From Amoebophrya sp. A120 (taxonomy: Eukaryota > Protista > Dinoflagellata), in assembly GCA_905178155.1 (NCBI GenBank), contig CAJINV010000003.1:2375065-2439064 (forward strand): DNA of 64,000 nucleotides, in the 5' to 3' direction. This document shows positions 51,168-64,000 of this stretch, one piece after another; position 1 is the stretch's first letter, and every line of letters starts with the position of its first letter. Below the pieces are notes generated by a model, which searched no databases, was not told where the DNA came from, and saw only the letters and a list, made by a program, of their open reading frames with translations. The position numbers and the translations under genes were made by a program.

Positions 51168-51590
51168 ATCAGACGACAACCTTTGATAAGCCTGTTTTTA
51201 TTCTGCATCATCAACGAGTGAAAAAACTAGAATTTTTTTGCGCGAGAAACGCTTATTCTCTGTGTTGCCTGAAGACGGAAGTAGTACGAATGTTCTTTCT
51301 TCCAAGATGCTAGAGCTCTAGCAAAAGAAATGCGACTTTAGTTGTTTTCAAACTTGAAACTTTCCACGGAAATAAGCGCGGCGCACAACGAAAGACCTGT
51401 GGGCGGACAACAGTCGTGCCCACGAGTGATCCGTGTCGAGCGAGAGAGATTTTGCTGCTTCAGTGAGAGCATATGGAGGACTTGTTGTAAATGACAGTGT
51501 TGTCTTTCTCTTTGCACCGGCAACATACTTCATACGAGGAAAGTGCAACAAGAATTTGTAAGATTTGTATCGGTTTGAGGAAATAGAATT

Positions 51591-53128
51591 ATGGCGGTGG
51601 AGGTGCCCGCCGCGCTGCAGCCTGCACTGCAGCAGGTTCAGAAGTCTCTGGAGCCTCTTTACGAATTCGGAAGAAGTACGGCCTCCAATGTGGAAAAGCG
51701 TGCCAAGGAAAATCCTCTGCAAGCGCTTGCCGTCACTGCAAGCGGGGGCATCGTGACCGGATACTTGCTCAGTATTTTCATCGCGCTTTTTTGTTTGTAG
51801 CTTGATTGATGGACGTGGAAAATCTGATGCGAAGATGAATTTCATCACATTAACATAGGTCGGCTCGCAGCAGTTGCCTTTTCGCGAAAAACGGCGGCCA
51901 AAAAGGGCAAGGGATCCGGTGGAAAAACAAGGGTGTACTTTTTGAGGCACGGGGAGTCCACGAACAATGTGCGAACAGAGGAAGCTTTTCGTGAACCCGA
52001 TCCCGGTCTAACCACGCTCGGCACACAGCAGTCCGCAAACATTGGCAATTATCTGTAAGCAAATCGATAATTGTGTTTCTCGGATTTCTTCCTTCGAAAC
52101 GTATTGGTTGACTCGGCCATGCTCCAGTGAAGACATAAGTGTCCACAGACAACATGATCCAGTGAAGACATAAGTGTCCACATTCAAAATGCAGGTCTAA
52201 ACTCGCTTCGTACTACAACTTCAAGCAAGTGTTTGTGTCACCCATGAAGAAAACCCTCGCGACAGCGTCCACTTTGACCAGCTTCCTTGCAGCAACACCA
52301 GCAACTGCATCGATCCATTGCGAGGTAGTACATACGTCCTTACACCTAGTTGTGAAAGGAATTATGTACGATGTTGCGAATGGATAAAGAAAAGGGTATC
52401 CACAGCAATTGTGCAAAGAGATACACTGAGGATTGGTTAGTATACTTCTTCGATCTGCGAGAAGTCAAATAATACGCCACTAAAAGTACGTTTTCAACAC
52501 ACCAAATAAAGGCACACCCACTGATTTACGAGTTTGGAGGGCTCTTCGACGAGAAGTACGGAGCAAGCAAGGGGTTGACAAGAGCGGAAATGCGCGCGAT
52601 CGCGCCCCAAGTGAAGTTACCGGAGGACGCGGATAAGAAGCTCGCGTTTCCATTCCCAGGCGATGACAGCGACGGCTGGTATGAACGCAACGCGAAAGAG
52701 AGCAACGCAGATTACCTCAAGAGGGTCAGTCAAGTGGCAGACTGGCTCTGGTCGCTCGACCAAGCAACCTTGGTATTGCATCTTCGACGAGACTTCTTAT
52801 CGGTTGTTTTGTGCAGATGTTGCTTCTTGCCTTCATTTTTTTTTTCAGAAGGATGGAAAAAGTCGTGGGAATGAAATTTTATACTTCACAGCTGGTGACG
52901 CACGGGAAGTTTCTCGACACCCTATTGAAAGTGCTGCTGCGAGTACCGAGCGCGTTGGAAGCCGATTCCCCCTGCATTTTCCTCCATGGCGGCTGCGCTT
53001 TCTCCTGTGTAGAATTGGACCACGACACGGGCAAGGTTGGGGTCATGTACCTGAATCAACCTATCGTCTCCGAGTCCCGTTTGCGCACCGGGCACAAAAT
53101 CGCGGGCTTCTCCCTGAAGCAGTGGTAA
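51591..53128 (+). CDS. Histidine phosphatase / phosphoglycerate-mutase-family protein with N-terminal membrane anchor (5 exons)
   Basis: Exons 51591-51771, 51859-52054, 52195-52324, 52512-52772, 52892-53128 (all GT-AG). Motifs VYFLRHGESTNN, DPGLTTLG, VFVSPMKKT, IYEFGG and LVTHG. Confidence 0.85.
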
Positions 53129-54036
53129 TGGGTGAAAGGTCGAGGAAACCTGCAAGAAACTTCACCTCGGTCGTGGGAACAACGGTCAACGCGCTAGAAA
53201 TAAATAAGCTCTCTGATGTAGTAACTATCTTGTTCATCCAACTCGATGGAATTATCGTGCCCGTATTTCTTTCGTTTTAACTACGCAATTCAATACACAA
53301 ATCAGAGCTGCTCCACTACAAGCTCAATGTCTAGCTGAAGATGAAAAAACTAAAGTCAAAAGGAAAGGTGAAGATGGTGTCAGCGTCGGATTACCAAGTC
53401 GTCGAGAAAGAACGCACCAGTTGAACCGTTTTATGTACCTAAAGCAAAATCTACGTGAGCAGTGCATGTCTTAATCTTACTTTCAGATCAATCACGAGCG
53501 ACGCTCGGGAATACAGACAAATTTCTAGAAATGCAGGAAGTCGCTACATTGGACTTGAATGATATTACCATGAAATGTAACAAATGATTTATCCCCATGA
53601 TGGCTGCTGGACTCCTTGCAAAAGTCAACGAAAGTCACATTTTGGTAGGAGACGCAAGCAAGGAACACGACCTTCTTCGGGAGTAAGTTCGCGCCATCAA
53701 TATTTGAGGTTGATGACATCAGGGCTAATCTGTTGGAAAGGGTTGCAGGAATGCTGCATTTTGTTTGTGGAGCATTTTGGGGCAGATAAGATGCGAGCAT
53801 TTACTACTGTTCGAACAAGGTGGGGTCCGAGAGATGGATTCGGGGGCTTTGCTGTTTTTTTCTGGCGGAGGCCAATCGATGCATATTTGCTTTTCTGGGA
53901 GCGAGAGTTGTAGTACAGAGGTCGACATTGAATTTTTAGCAAGATATCTGCAATTAGAGTATACTCACTCGTAGTCTACTTTGCCGCTGCAAGCACGTTC
54001 AGAAAAATCTTCACAACCATAAAGAACCCCGCTACC

Positions 54037-55809
54037 ATGAGCGAAGAGGCTTCTTTTGTGGAGCGCCAGCCCCTGCTGTTCCCTTCGGCCGGGTCGTCTT
54101 CCGCGGGCTCGCAAACCGCGGCCTTCTCGCAATACCTCAACCTGTTGGCGTCCGAGCTCACTGCTGCGCATACCGCGAGGCCCGTGTACGAGGAATTTTC
54201 AGCGTCCGTCGTCACATCCCCCGCGGACCTACCCGGTGTGCGGCAGTTGGTTGCTGGGGGCAGTTTGGTGGATGTTGGGGGCGTGCCAAACATGGACAAT
54301 CCGGAGCGGCACGACATTCAATTCGACCTCCCCGAACTGGCCAAGAGCGTCGTGCATGGAAGAACCACAACCAGCGGTACTAGTAGTGCAAGCAGCGCAG
54401 GAGCTGCCAGTTCTACTGCGGCATCAACGGAGTCGTGCCAGTGCCTGGGCGCGTCGGCCGCCGCCCCCATCGTGGCGGGGTGCAATGCGGAGGGGATTCT
54501 TTGCTGCACGCTCGTGGACGGTGGGGACACGGAAAACGCTGGCCATTCGGACTCCAAGTACACGAAAATCACGAGCGACAAGAAGTGGGGACCCCACGCA
54601 CTGCATGTGTACGACGAGGGCCCCCGGCAGCTCCTCGAGCTCCCGCCACCGGCAGGTCCCGGTCAGGAAGTAATAGACCCCTTCGCAACGCGAAGGTACG
54701 AACCAAACGGAAGAAAAGTCGGGTGTCTTGCCAACCTCTACATCGCGAAAAATCATGTAGTTCTTGCGACGGACAGTGTGAAGACTGTTGCAGGACCTCC
54801 TGCTTCGGCAGCACCAACTGGCGATAAAGATGCTGTGTTTACCTTTACATCCACACAGATACTCCGTGTCGAGGCAAAAAAACGCGTTCGCACGACTCCC
54901 AGATATTGTAAGGACAAATCCCATCGTCCCCGCATATTTTTACAGGATATTTCTAAAGATGGGTGATATGTGTACGCAAATAGATCTGGCTTTGTTCCCA
55001 CGCCAGACAGCACTACAGGCCGCATCTCTTCGCTGCTAGCAGGCAGCTTCAAGAACATTTGTGTTAACTTTATGAGTGAATGATGCTACACAGTTTTTTG
55101 AGTATGGGGAGGAGGGATCGTTTTTCATTTTGATACGAGGATACACAGCTTTACGCAGTGGTTGCGGACGACTCTGGAAGCCGAAATCCTGCCGCAGCTG
55201 CAAAAAAAGTTGGCTCAGCAGCAAGCAGCACACGACCCGTCGGCCAAGTTTTACCCGGATGATCACACCAGCGACGCGCGGGGCTTGGGCCTGGGAGGCG
55301 TCATTTTTGTCCGGAGCGGCTACGTGCACGGTCACGTAATGCCGGACTTTTTGCCGGAAAAGATCACCTCCGCGCAGCAGTGCAACGATTGGCTCCGGTT
55401 TTTCCTGTGCGGCCCAGGGCACTTGGTGATGTTCTCGACGCTTCTGGCCCTCCCCACCCCGGCGCAGCTGGAAAGGACACGGTATGCGGGGATGCACCTC
55501 CGCACGGAGCACACGCACTTTTTCGGCTCGGAGCGCTGCGCGAACCAGGGGGGCCACTACCACGGTGACGTCGTGCGGCAGCCGCCAGGGGCTGTGAAAG
55601 AAGCCACCAATCATGACCTTGATGCCGATGGTGAGCGGTACTTGGCGTCTTTGTTCGCGAACGCAGACAGAGAGAACCCTTCTTCAGCCGATATCCACTA
55701 CGTAGCATACCTGGCTCCAGCTGCTGAGATCGTTCGCATCAATGACGCGGAGAAGATACTTGCTAAACAGCAAAAAAACCTCCAGGTTGAGGGCGGTACT
55801 ATGAAATAA
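54037..55809 (+). CDS. Ester hydrolase C11orf54/PTD012 (DUF1907)-like zinc protein
   Basis: Exons 54037-54903 and 55141-55809. Motifs LVDVGGVP, CLANLY, ILRVEAKKR, GLGGVI, HVMPDF, LRTEHTHFF and GGHYHGD. Confidence 0.87.
54904..55135. mobile_element. Degenerate introner-like element (232 bp), DR CCAGA/CGAGG
   Basis: TATTGTAAGGACAAATCCCATCGTCCCC ... GGGGAGGAGGGATCGTTTTTCATTTTGATA, resembling the 28108 ends. Removing 237 bp gives RTTPR-IHSFTQWLR. Confidence 0.8.
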
Positions 55810-56691
55810 AAGACCTAGCGCTTTTTTGCATTCAGGGTGTATTCAGCGAGATTTGCGTGTTGTAGTTGCAAATAGGCAAAATTAACGCCAACTTGTGCAG
55901 GCACGCTATGTATATGTTTTTGATGATACACTTGTTGATGCTTTTGGTACTTGAGACCGTGTTTCTTGGTAGTCCCTTGTATGCATAGAAGACAACTCGA
56001 TGCACCGAGGAAAATGTTTCGCGTGTAATTCTTGTCTCTTGTAGCCCTGCGGAGAGGAGCGTGGTAGCTGATTGATTGTGCATTAAGTTGCCGTCAGGGC
56101 TACTCGCTCGCTCGAGAAGTTTTGCTGTGTACGTTCAGGATAACAAAGACCTGTTGGGTGTGCGACAAAGCAAATCTCTTGGTTGGCAATACACCCTGAA
56201 TGTTGTTGTGCTTTATACTGTAAAAGACTCCAGCACCAGCGAAGTTATGATTTTTACCACCAAGATAGAGTCTCACTCTCAGTGGTCTGACGCGGAGACC
56301 AGTCTCCATGCAAAGAAATACTCAACTGACGAAGCAGCTTCATAATGTGTTCGTTCTCCTAGGAGCGAAAATCGAGGGCTTTGACAGACCTACTCAATGA
56401 ATGTGGAGCCGTGCGATACGAAAACGAGAGAATTTCCTTGGATAAAGTGGCCACTCGATGTTTGCGGAATTTTTCTACTGCTTCTAGCCTGCAGATACCT
56501 ACTTTGAGACGACCAATTTTCACACTCCAGTACCACTTGCGGTCGGACCCAACAGCTGTGCCCTGCTGGAGCGATAAAGTATTACACAACAAATACACGG
56601 GCAAAGATTTTCCATCGTGCAAGAAAAAGAATAGAAGTTCCCTAGACCTGCTGCTTTAAACTACAATTGGAGCAGCTGCAGCACTCAGTAG

Positions 56692-57625
<934 letters not shown>

Positions 57626-58483
57626 TGAACAACCCGCGACGCAGGGATGGAATATCTAGGGTCATCGTTTGCCGATCATCGTTTTCATCGTGTCGTACTA
57701 ACTTGTAGACGGAACTAGTTTTGCTTTTAATTTTGAACTTTTGGTTGTTATGATTTTCATTTTGCTGCAAGACCGAATGAAGAAAAGTAGCTCGCCAATG
57801 ATCAAGTTTTGCGCAGCTGAAGTAGTACAGAGTACAATTATTAATATGAGTCACAGTTGTCAGTAGTTGTATAAACCTCTCCTGCTAGTAGCAACAGCAT
57901 CGCTAGTGAGGTGGAGGTGGATAAGTAAATACGGTCACTACTTTGGAAATTTTGAATTCATGTGACTATGGCATTAAGAAGCTTTTCCTAATATTTTGTT
58001 TCCATTCATCGTTTTGTTTTGTTTCAGCACTTGGAAGACGGGCTTGCATGTGTGAAGATTTACTTGATTGCAAGTTCGTCGTGATCTTCCGAAGGAGGAT
58101 GTGTTTAGAAAATGCCAGAAAATTTTGGAACTTTCTTTATACCCCCGAATGATTCTTTATTGCAACTTCACGTCGAGTTTTCGACCATGAAAGCGAGAAC
58201 AGAAACACGCAGGTGAAAACACGTGTCACCTCGCGGAATTGTGGAGGTTTTTCTTGCCACAGCTGATGTCCCCTTCTGAGAACATGAGAGCGTGAAGCCA
58301 TTGCCACGATGAACCTATGACGAGAGTGAGGACAAAGACAAAAGTGATTTTGTTTGATGTTGATTTTTAGGTTCAGGTATATGCTCTTTGGTCGTTTTTT
58401 TTCCAACTACGCCCCGTCGTTTTTTCCTCCACGTAGTTTGTTGAGCTTCAGCACTGTCGGACACAGAAATTATCTCAGTCAGG

Positions 58484-61400
58484 ATGAGTTTCAACGAGGA
58501 CAAGAAGAAAAAGAAGAAAAGCAAGCAGGGCACCACGCCAGCTTTGGACGAAGCGGCCGGGCGCACAACCAAGCAAGAGACCACTCCCACGATCACCGCA
58601 GAATCTGCTTCGTCAGTAGAAACTGCGGTCGTCGAATCGCCCCAGGGATCTGCTCTTGAGGGAGATAAAAACAGCGTGAAAGAAGTAGATGCAGCTGTGC
58701 CGCCTCTTGTAGTGCCGGATCCTGTTGGTGTTGCCGTGCCAACGGAGAAAAACTACATCGAGGAAAGCAAAGCATCGCGCAGCCCTTGCGTTCCTGCCCT
58801 GGTGCAGCCGTGTTGCGAGGCTCCTATCGCTAGTGGGTCAGAATCCGTCATCGAGGAAAATGCGCCGGAAGCGGACGTTGGCCAACCCAAAACCGCCGAA
58901 GGAATTCCACCGAAAGACGGTGAAGAAGATGAAGCTGCTCGGAATAATATGGAAGTTGCTGCCCTGACGCCTGAAGGCAAAAGCGACACCCAGGTCGTGG
59001 ACGCACCGCGAGGACTTCTTTCGGAGGAAAAAAGCACAGGCGGTTCGCGTCGTGTCAGTCGATTGTCTTCCGCCCCGTCGCCGGCAATCAAAAAGGCCCC
59101 GGGCGATGATGCGAGGTTCGAGGAACCTGGAGATCAACAAGATGTTGAGCAAAAAAATCCGAATCCCTCGTCCGGCGTGGTTGATGAGACGATTGTGCTT
59201 CCCGTTCCCGCGGAACAGACCACCGAGCATGCGAAGCCTGTCCCCGAGACTGCCACGCCCAACCGGTCGGGTTCCCAAGGTGGAACCGAACTCGCCAGCT
59301 TGGAGGTGGTACCCCTCCCGGAGGGCTCCGACCTGGAGTTCGAAGTCGAGGGGGCGGACGAAGAAGTGATGTTCATCGAAGACATATCCTCAGTAAAAAC
59401 GTACCCACACCAGAGTTGTAATGCAAATCTGCATGCTGAAAATGTTTCTCATGCGGAGCCCCATGAGAAGCATTTTCTAGTCGTGTTTTGCAATTTGTCA
59501 TGCTCCAATCAGCATGGTATGCTAGATCTGTGATGCTGCTGAGCTAGCTCAAACAGCACTACACTACGAATCCAAATTTGTCATGCAAAACAGCCAAAGC
59601 TTGTGGATTTGTCTAGCCGATTCCCCATCTTGACTATGGTGTGGGTACGTTTTTACTCAGGATAAGACAGCGCTTCCGGAGCGCTGCGGCACAGCACGCA
59701 CGACCCTAAGACGGTATCAGAATGAAAAATGCCCCCACCCCCGAACTTGAAAGCATTTGTATTGCAAACCTTTCCAAATGAAACATTCGCCCTCTTGCAT
59801 GTATCAGCATTACAGGTTTCCAATCGTGAATAGCAGAAATTTGTATTGCAAAAGACCCCAGCAAGAGCGGCGCTTGTCATGCAAGCGATGCGATACACGC
59901 CTAGACTCTGCATCAGAAAGATTCGTACTCCTTTCACGCATGACAAAAAGTTTTCATTTGGAAACTTAGCATCACAAATTTTTGCAATTTCAGGGGTGGG
60001 GGGCACTTTTGACTGCAATAGACGGGCACCGTGGTATACTCCCCCGATGGGACCCTGCCCGCTGACGCGGCACTACTGCCGCCGGCCTCGCCGGTGCCGC
60101 TGCCAGACGGAGTTGAACTGAACGCGGACGGGGGACTGGACATGAGCACACTCGAACGCGCGATGAGCCCGCATCTGCAGAAAGGCCCGATTTCCGCGAA
60201 GGAGCTCAACAAGCGGATCACGGAACTGCGGAACCACCACACCAGCCGGCGCGGGTCCTACGACGGCGAGAGCGGGGCGGACAGCAGCGCCTCGCCGGCG
60301 GCACGCCGCACGCACCGTGCAAAGAAGATGAACAAACGGGACACGACGACGACGACGACGACTGCCCAAGTGAATGGAATTGCTGAGGATGGTGTAGTTG
60401 GCCACGACTCGTCTTCTGGAGCTTGTTCGACCTCGGGGGTCAGCTCCTCTACCGAACCGCTGAGGACCGACGACGAAATATCCTGAGTAAAAACGTACCC
60501 ACACCAGAGTTGTAATGCAAATCTGCATGCTGAAAATGTTTCTCATGCGGAGCTCCATGAGAAGCATTTTCTAGTCGTGCTTTGCAATTTGTCATGCTCC
60601 ACTCAGCATGGTATGCTAGATCTGTGATGCTGCTGAGCTAGCTGAAACAGCACTATACTACGAATCCAAATTTGTCATGCAAAACAGCCAAAACTTGTGG
60701 ATTTGTCTAGCCGATTCCCCATCTTGACTCTGGTGTGGGTACGTTTTTACTCAGGATACGAAACTGCTGGAACAGGAGTTAGAAATACAGGTGATGGGAG
60801 TTGTAAACCAACTGCAACTGGTACTGGCGCCCAAAAAGTTGCTCTAGACGAATCCGCCTCTACAGCTGAGGCATCGACAACGACCGACCAGGACACAGGC
60901 ACCACCGCTTCGTCGTCGCTAGGCGACGAGGGCGGTGCTACAAAAGCAAAATCGATATCATGTAGTGAAAAGGCGGGTAACGGTACTAAGGACACTTTAG
61001 TCTTGCAGACCACCGCTGGTGCAGGAGCAGGCCCAGTAACCGCGGCGACCACGAGCAGCAGCACAGGCGGCAGCCACGAGGCCGGTGTAGTGATGCTGCC
61101 GCGCAGTGAGTCGGCTGTCAGTTTGCCCGCCATCAACTCCCGCGAGTTCCAGGATTTGGTGGACCAAAACCTGATTTTGGTGGACTGGGAGCGCGAGGAA
61201 GGCATCGGGGTGAAGACCGCGATCTACACCTTGACCGGATCTATCGTGGGTGCGGGCGCCGTCGCGTGCCCCTTTGCGTTTCAGTTCATGGGGCTCGTCG
61301 GCGGTTCGTTTTTCCTCAGCCTAATGGGGTTTCTCTCCGGGCTCTCGGGCTACATGCTCGGCATGGCCGCGCGGAAGACCGGGCTGCACTCCTACGAGGA

Positions 61401-63718
61401 GATTGCGGTCACCACCATGGGTCCGCGCATGGGCAAGGCGCTGGCGTTGCTGTCGGTTATAGGTGTGACGTTCTGCGCTTCCATCGCCTACTGCAACCTC
61501 TGGGCCGACACGCTGCTGCCCATTCTCGCCTGTTTGCTGCCCGCGTCCCAGACCGCCGAGGTGCTGCAGAACACGTCCGTCAAGTCCTTCCGGACGCTGC
61601 TGATCGTCTCCTGCGTCGTATTGATCTTGCCACTCTGTCTCAATCGCACGATGTCCGGCGTTTCCACCGCGAGTCTCCTCTCCATTCTCGCCATGGGCGT
61701 GCTCATGCTCGTCATCTGCTTGTACGCTCTCAAGAACGCACTGCAGTCCGACAGCGAATGGACCATGGAGAACGGTGCGCTAGTGTTTCAGTGTGTGTTT
61801 CAGTTTGTGCTCAGTTGATACGATGCAGCTTATGGCTCTCGTTAGTCTCTTATTTTACTTGAAGAACATTCTGTAGAATGCCTTGAATTTGTACTAGTAG
61901 AAAAAGCAATTTCTAATTTGTCCGTGCGTTATATAAAAATCACAGAGAAGTACGAGTGGCTGGGTCCCAATCCGTTTACGGACGCGCGAAACCACCCTTG
62001 CCACGGGATTTTTTCCGACCAAGACGCGCACTGGGACGACCGGAAGACCTGGCTTAACGATCCGTCCGGTTTGCTGATGGGGATTCCGTACTTCTGCTCG
62101 GCGTTTTTGTGTCACTTTAACGTCTTCTCGGTGTTTGCCGAGATGCGCAAGCCGACGCGGGTGCGACTGCAAAAGGTGATGCGCCGCACCATGCTGATCT
62201 CCGGGAGCCTGTATTTGGTGATCGCAGCCTGCGGTTTCTACGTTGGGCAGAGCTATCATGTTGAAAAGCGCCCCTATATTTTTTCCCAGAACCAACGAAC
62301 TTGAAAGCATTTGTATTGCTGCAAAGCTCCTTATCCTTTCCAATGGAAACATTCTCCATCTTCTTGCATACTCTAGCGACACAAATTTTTGACGCAGACG
62401 ACAAGTTCTTTCCATTTGAAAAAACTTTGCACACTTGTTCTGGTAGAATCGGGGCACTTTTCACTTTGATAAGGGTTACGAGAAGTTTGCTTTCTCGGTT
62501 TCAGACAAGAAAGTGTCGGAGGTCCTCCCGACGCTGAGTAGAACGAGCGGACGCACACTGCTTTCGGAAGTGCCAGATGATTTTGGACAGCAGCTGCAAA
62601 CCCAAAAGTTGCAACAGGAGCACCGTGTTGTTCCAGGCGCTCGACCGGAGCGAGATGATAGCTTTTTCGACGGAATAGAGCATGCGAGCGGGATAATCTT
62701 CGCGGGAAAAGCCCCCGGAAGTCTAGCTGCTTCGTGGCCCGCGACTTCTCCGTCGATTCCCTCACAGTCAAGCAGTCATACCTCGTCGCGCGAGACACAG
62801 AAAATGATTATTCCGGCGACGAGCATTGTTTCCCATTCTGCAAAAATGACCGGGGTGAAAGACGACCAGAAATTAATCGGAGGTAGTACAACCACTGTAG
62901 TTCAACACCTCAGCTCCGCGTCGTGCGACATTGGGGTCCAGGGAAACATTCTCCAAAATTTTCCGCACGACGATTTTTTCGTGAATCTGGGACGGTTCTG
63001 TCTGTTTATCGCCTTGTACTTCACGTATCCGCTGCTAATCCACCCGTGCCGCGCGAGCTTGCACCGCAGTCTGTGCGGCGACACGTACCGAGCGACGGGA
63101 CTTTTACATGGTGGCGAGACCTTCCTGATCATGTTTCTCGCCAGCCTGACGGCGATTTTGGTACCAGAGGTGCAGATCGTGCTCGGCTATGCGGGTTCGA
63201 CATTTGGCATTCTGCTGGCCTTCGTGTTTCCGGCGTTTTTCGTGCTCAAGCTCTCGGTGGCCCGGGACAAGCGCAATCTGATCGCCTTGCTGATCTTCTT
63301 GTTCGGCTGCGTGCTGTGTGTGGCGACGACGGTGATTCAGACGGTGAATGAGGACGTGATGAAGAACGGGAACAACGTGGATGTCCTGCAAGAAGTAGAG
63401 CCGAAAACTACGTCAAACCAACCGGGCGAACGAGAAAGTGCTGCTGTCAGCTGGTACACAAACTACGTGGCGGTCGACGAGGTGACCAAGAAGCCCTTTC
63501 GCCAGGCTGCGCACCCCCGGCAGCTCTGTCTCACCGTGGAAGCGAGCAGCACAACGAAAGTCGAACGGCTGCTCAGATACGTTTCCTTGAAGCAACAGTA
63601 TGACGCCACGGGAACCCCGCCACCCCTCCCGAAAATGGAAAAGTCCTCTGCGTGGGCGCTCTCGCACGGCTGCACGAATGCGACAACCACGGGCGACGCG
63701 GATAGTAGTACATCATAG
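58484..63718 (+). CDS. Amino-acid transporter (Aa_trans / SLC38-like) with long disordered N-terminus
   Basis: Exons 58484-59384, 59670-59714, 60026-60478, 60764-61774, 61946-62253, 62477-63718. Motifs SIVGAGAVACPFAF, SYEEIA, AFLCHFNVF, QGNILQNF, TYPLLIHPCR and GSTFGILLAFVFP. Confidence 0.9.
59385..59664. mobile_element. Introner family C element (280 bp), DR AGACA/AGACA
   Basis: TIR TATCCTCAGTAAAAACGTACCCACACCA / TGGTGTGGGTACGTTTTTACTCAGGATA. Near-identical to 60479-60758. Confidence 0.96.
59715..60020. mobile_element. Introner family B element (306 bp), DR GACGG/GACGG
   Basis: TATCAGAATGAAAAATGCCCCCACCCC ... GGGGTGGGGGGCACTTTTGACTGCAATA. Removal gives DPKTGTVVY. Confidence 0.94.
60479..60758. 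mobile_element. Introner family C element (280 bp), DR CGAAA/CGAAA
   Basis: Perfect 32-bp TIR TATCCTGAGTAAAAACGTACCCACACCAGAGT. Removal gives TDDETAGTG. Confidence 0.97.
62254..62471. mobile_element. Introner family B-related element (218 bp), DR AGAGC/AGGGT
   Basis: TATCATGTTGAAAAGCGCCCC ... GGGGCACTTTTCACTTTGATA. Shares GAACTTGAAAGCATTTGTATTGC with 59715. Removing 223 bp restores the frame. Confidence 0.88.
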
Positions 63719-64000
63719 GGAGGTATTTATTCAAATTCACTGAGCTGCGCTCCTGCCCGTAGAGGCACCAGGAATGGCAATCGAGGAGATATGTCGAAGT
63801 ACTATCTACAGTTGAATTGATTTTCGGAAAGATAGTTTTTACGTTTTCGTTGCAGGTGGAGCCTCTTGTGTTTCGGCGTTCTCTACGAGAATTCAGGAAT
63901 AGACATCAGAGTGGATCACTCAGCTCAAAAAGTGCAGCGACAAAAAAAAATGCAGCAAGTTTGGAATCCGAAATTTTGTTGAGAGAAATGTGAAGATCAT

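Noticed and set aside
51591-51800. 69-aa ORF resembling a small tail-anchored membrane protein
   Set aside because: A GT-AG intron (51772-51858) joins it in frame to the RHGES histidine-phosphatase exon, so it is exon 1 of that gene.
52124-52182. 24-bp direct repeat CCAGTGAAGACATAAGTGTCCACA in an intron
   Set aside because: Simple local duplication with no IR or TAT...ATA termini.
54853-55148. ACACAG direct repeat as alternative boundaries for the C11orf54 intron
   Set aside because: The join is out of frame and would delete the conserved ILRVEAKKR segment; the 54904-55140 removal fits.

Overview
This is a eukaryotic, intron-containing window. About 17 protein-coding genes lie on the + strand and none was found on the - strand. 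They encode an ankyrin protein, SNIP1, two orphan paralogues, a scramblase/LURP-like protein, a CFAP92-like protein, OTU1, SLX4, a bestrophin, three tandem syntaxins, a TFIIA large subunit, a histidine phosphatase, a C11orf54-like hydrolase, a UBE2D-type E2 and an SLC38-type transporter. The unidirectional arrangement and non-canonical introns suggest a syndinian dinoflagellate such as Amoebophrya (inference). The main signal is a set of 15 (+1 candidate) 218-330 bp transposon-like insertions, all inside coding exons. They share TAT...ATA termini, terminal inverted repeats, a 5-bp flanking direct repeat and an internal GCAT(C/G)ACA motif. None can be removed as a GT-AG intron at the repeat boundaries, yet removing each one with one direct-repeat copy restores the reading frame exactly. 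Copies of one family sit in both orientations, and 7 of 8 mismatches between paired direct repeats are synonymous. Together these point to a symmetric, hairpin/direct-repeat-guided removal mechanism. It coexists with about 30 conventional introns whose 3' ends are mostly A-rich rather than pyrimidine-rich. Two GC-rich non-coding islands with repeats and palindromes are unexplained. All splice models are inferred by eye from reading frame and protein motifs, without transcript data.
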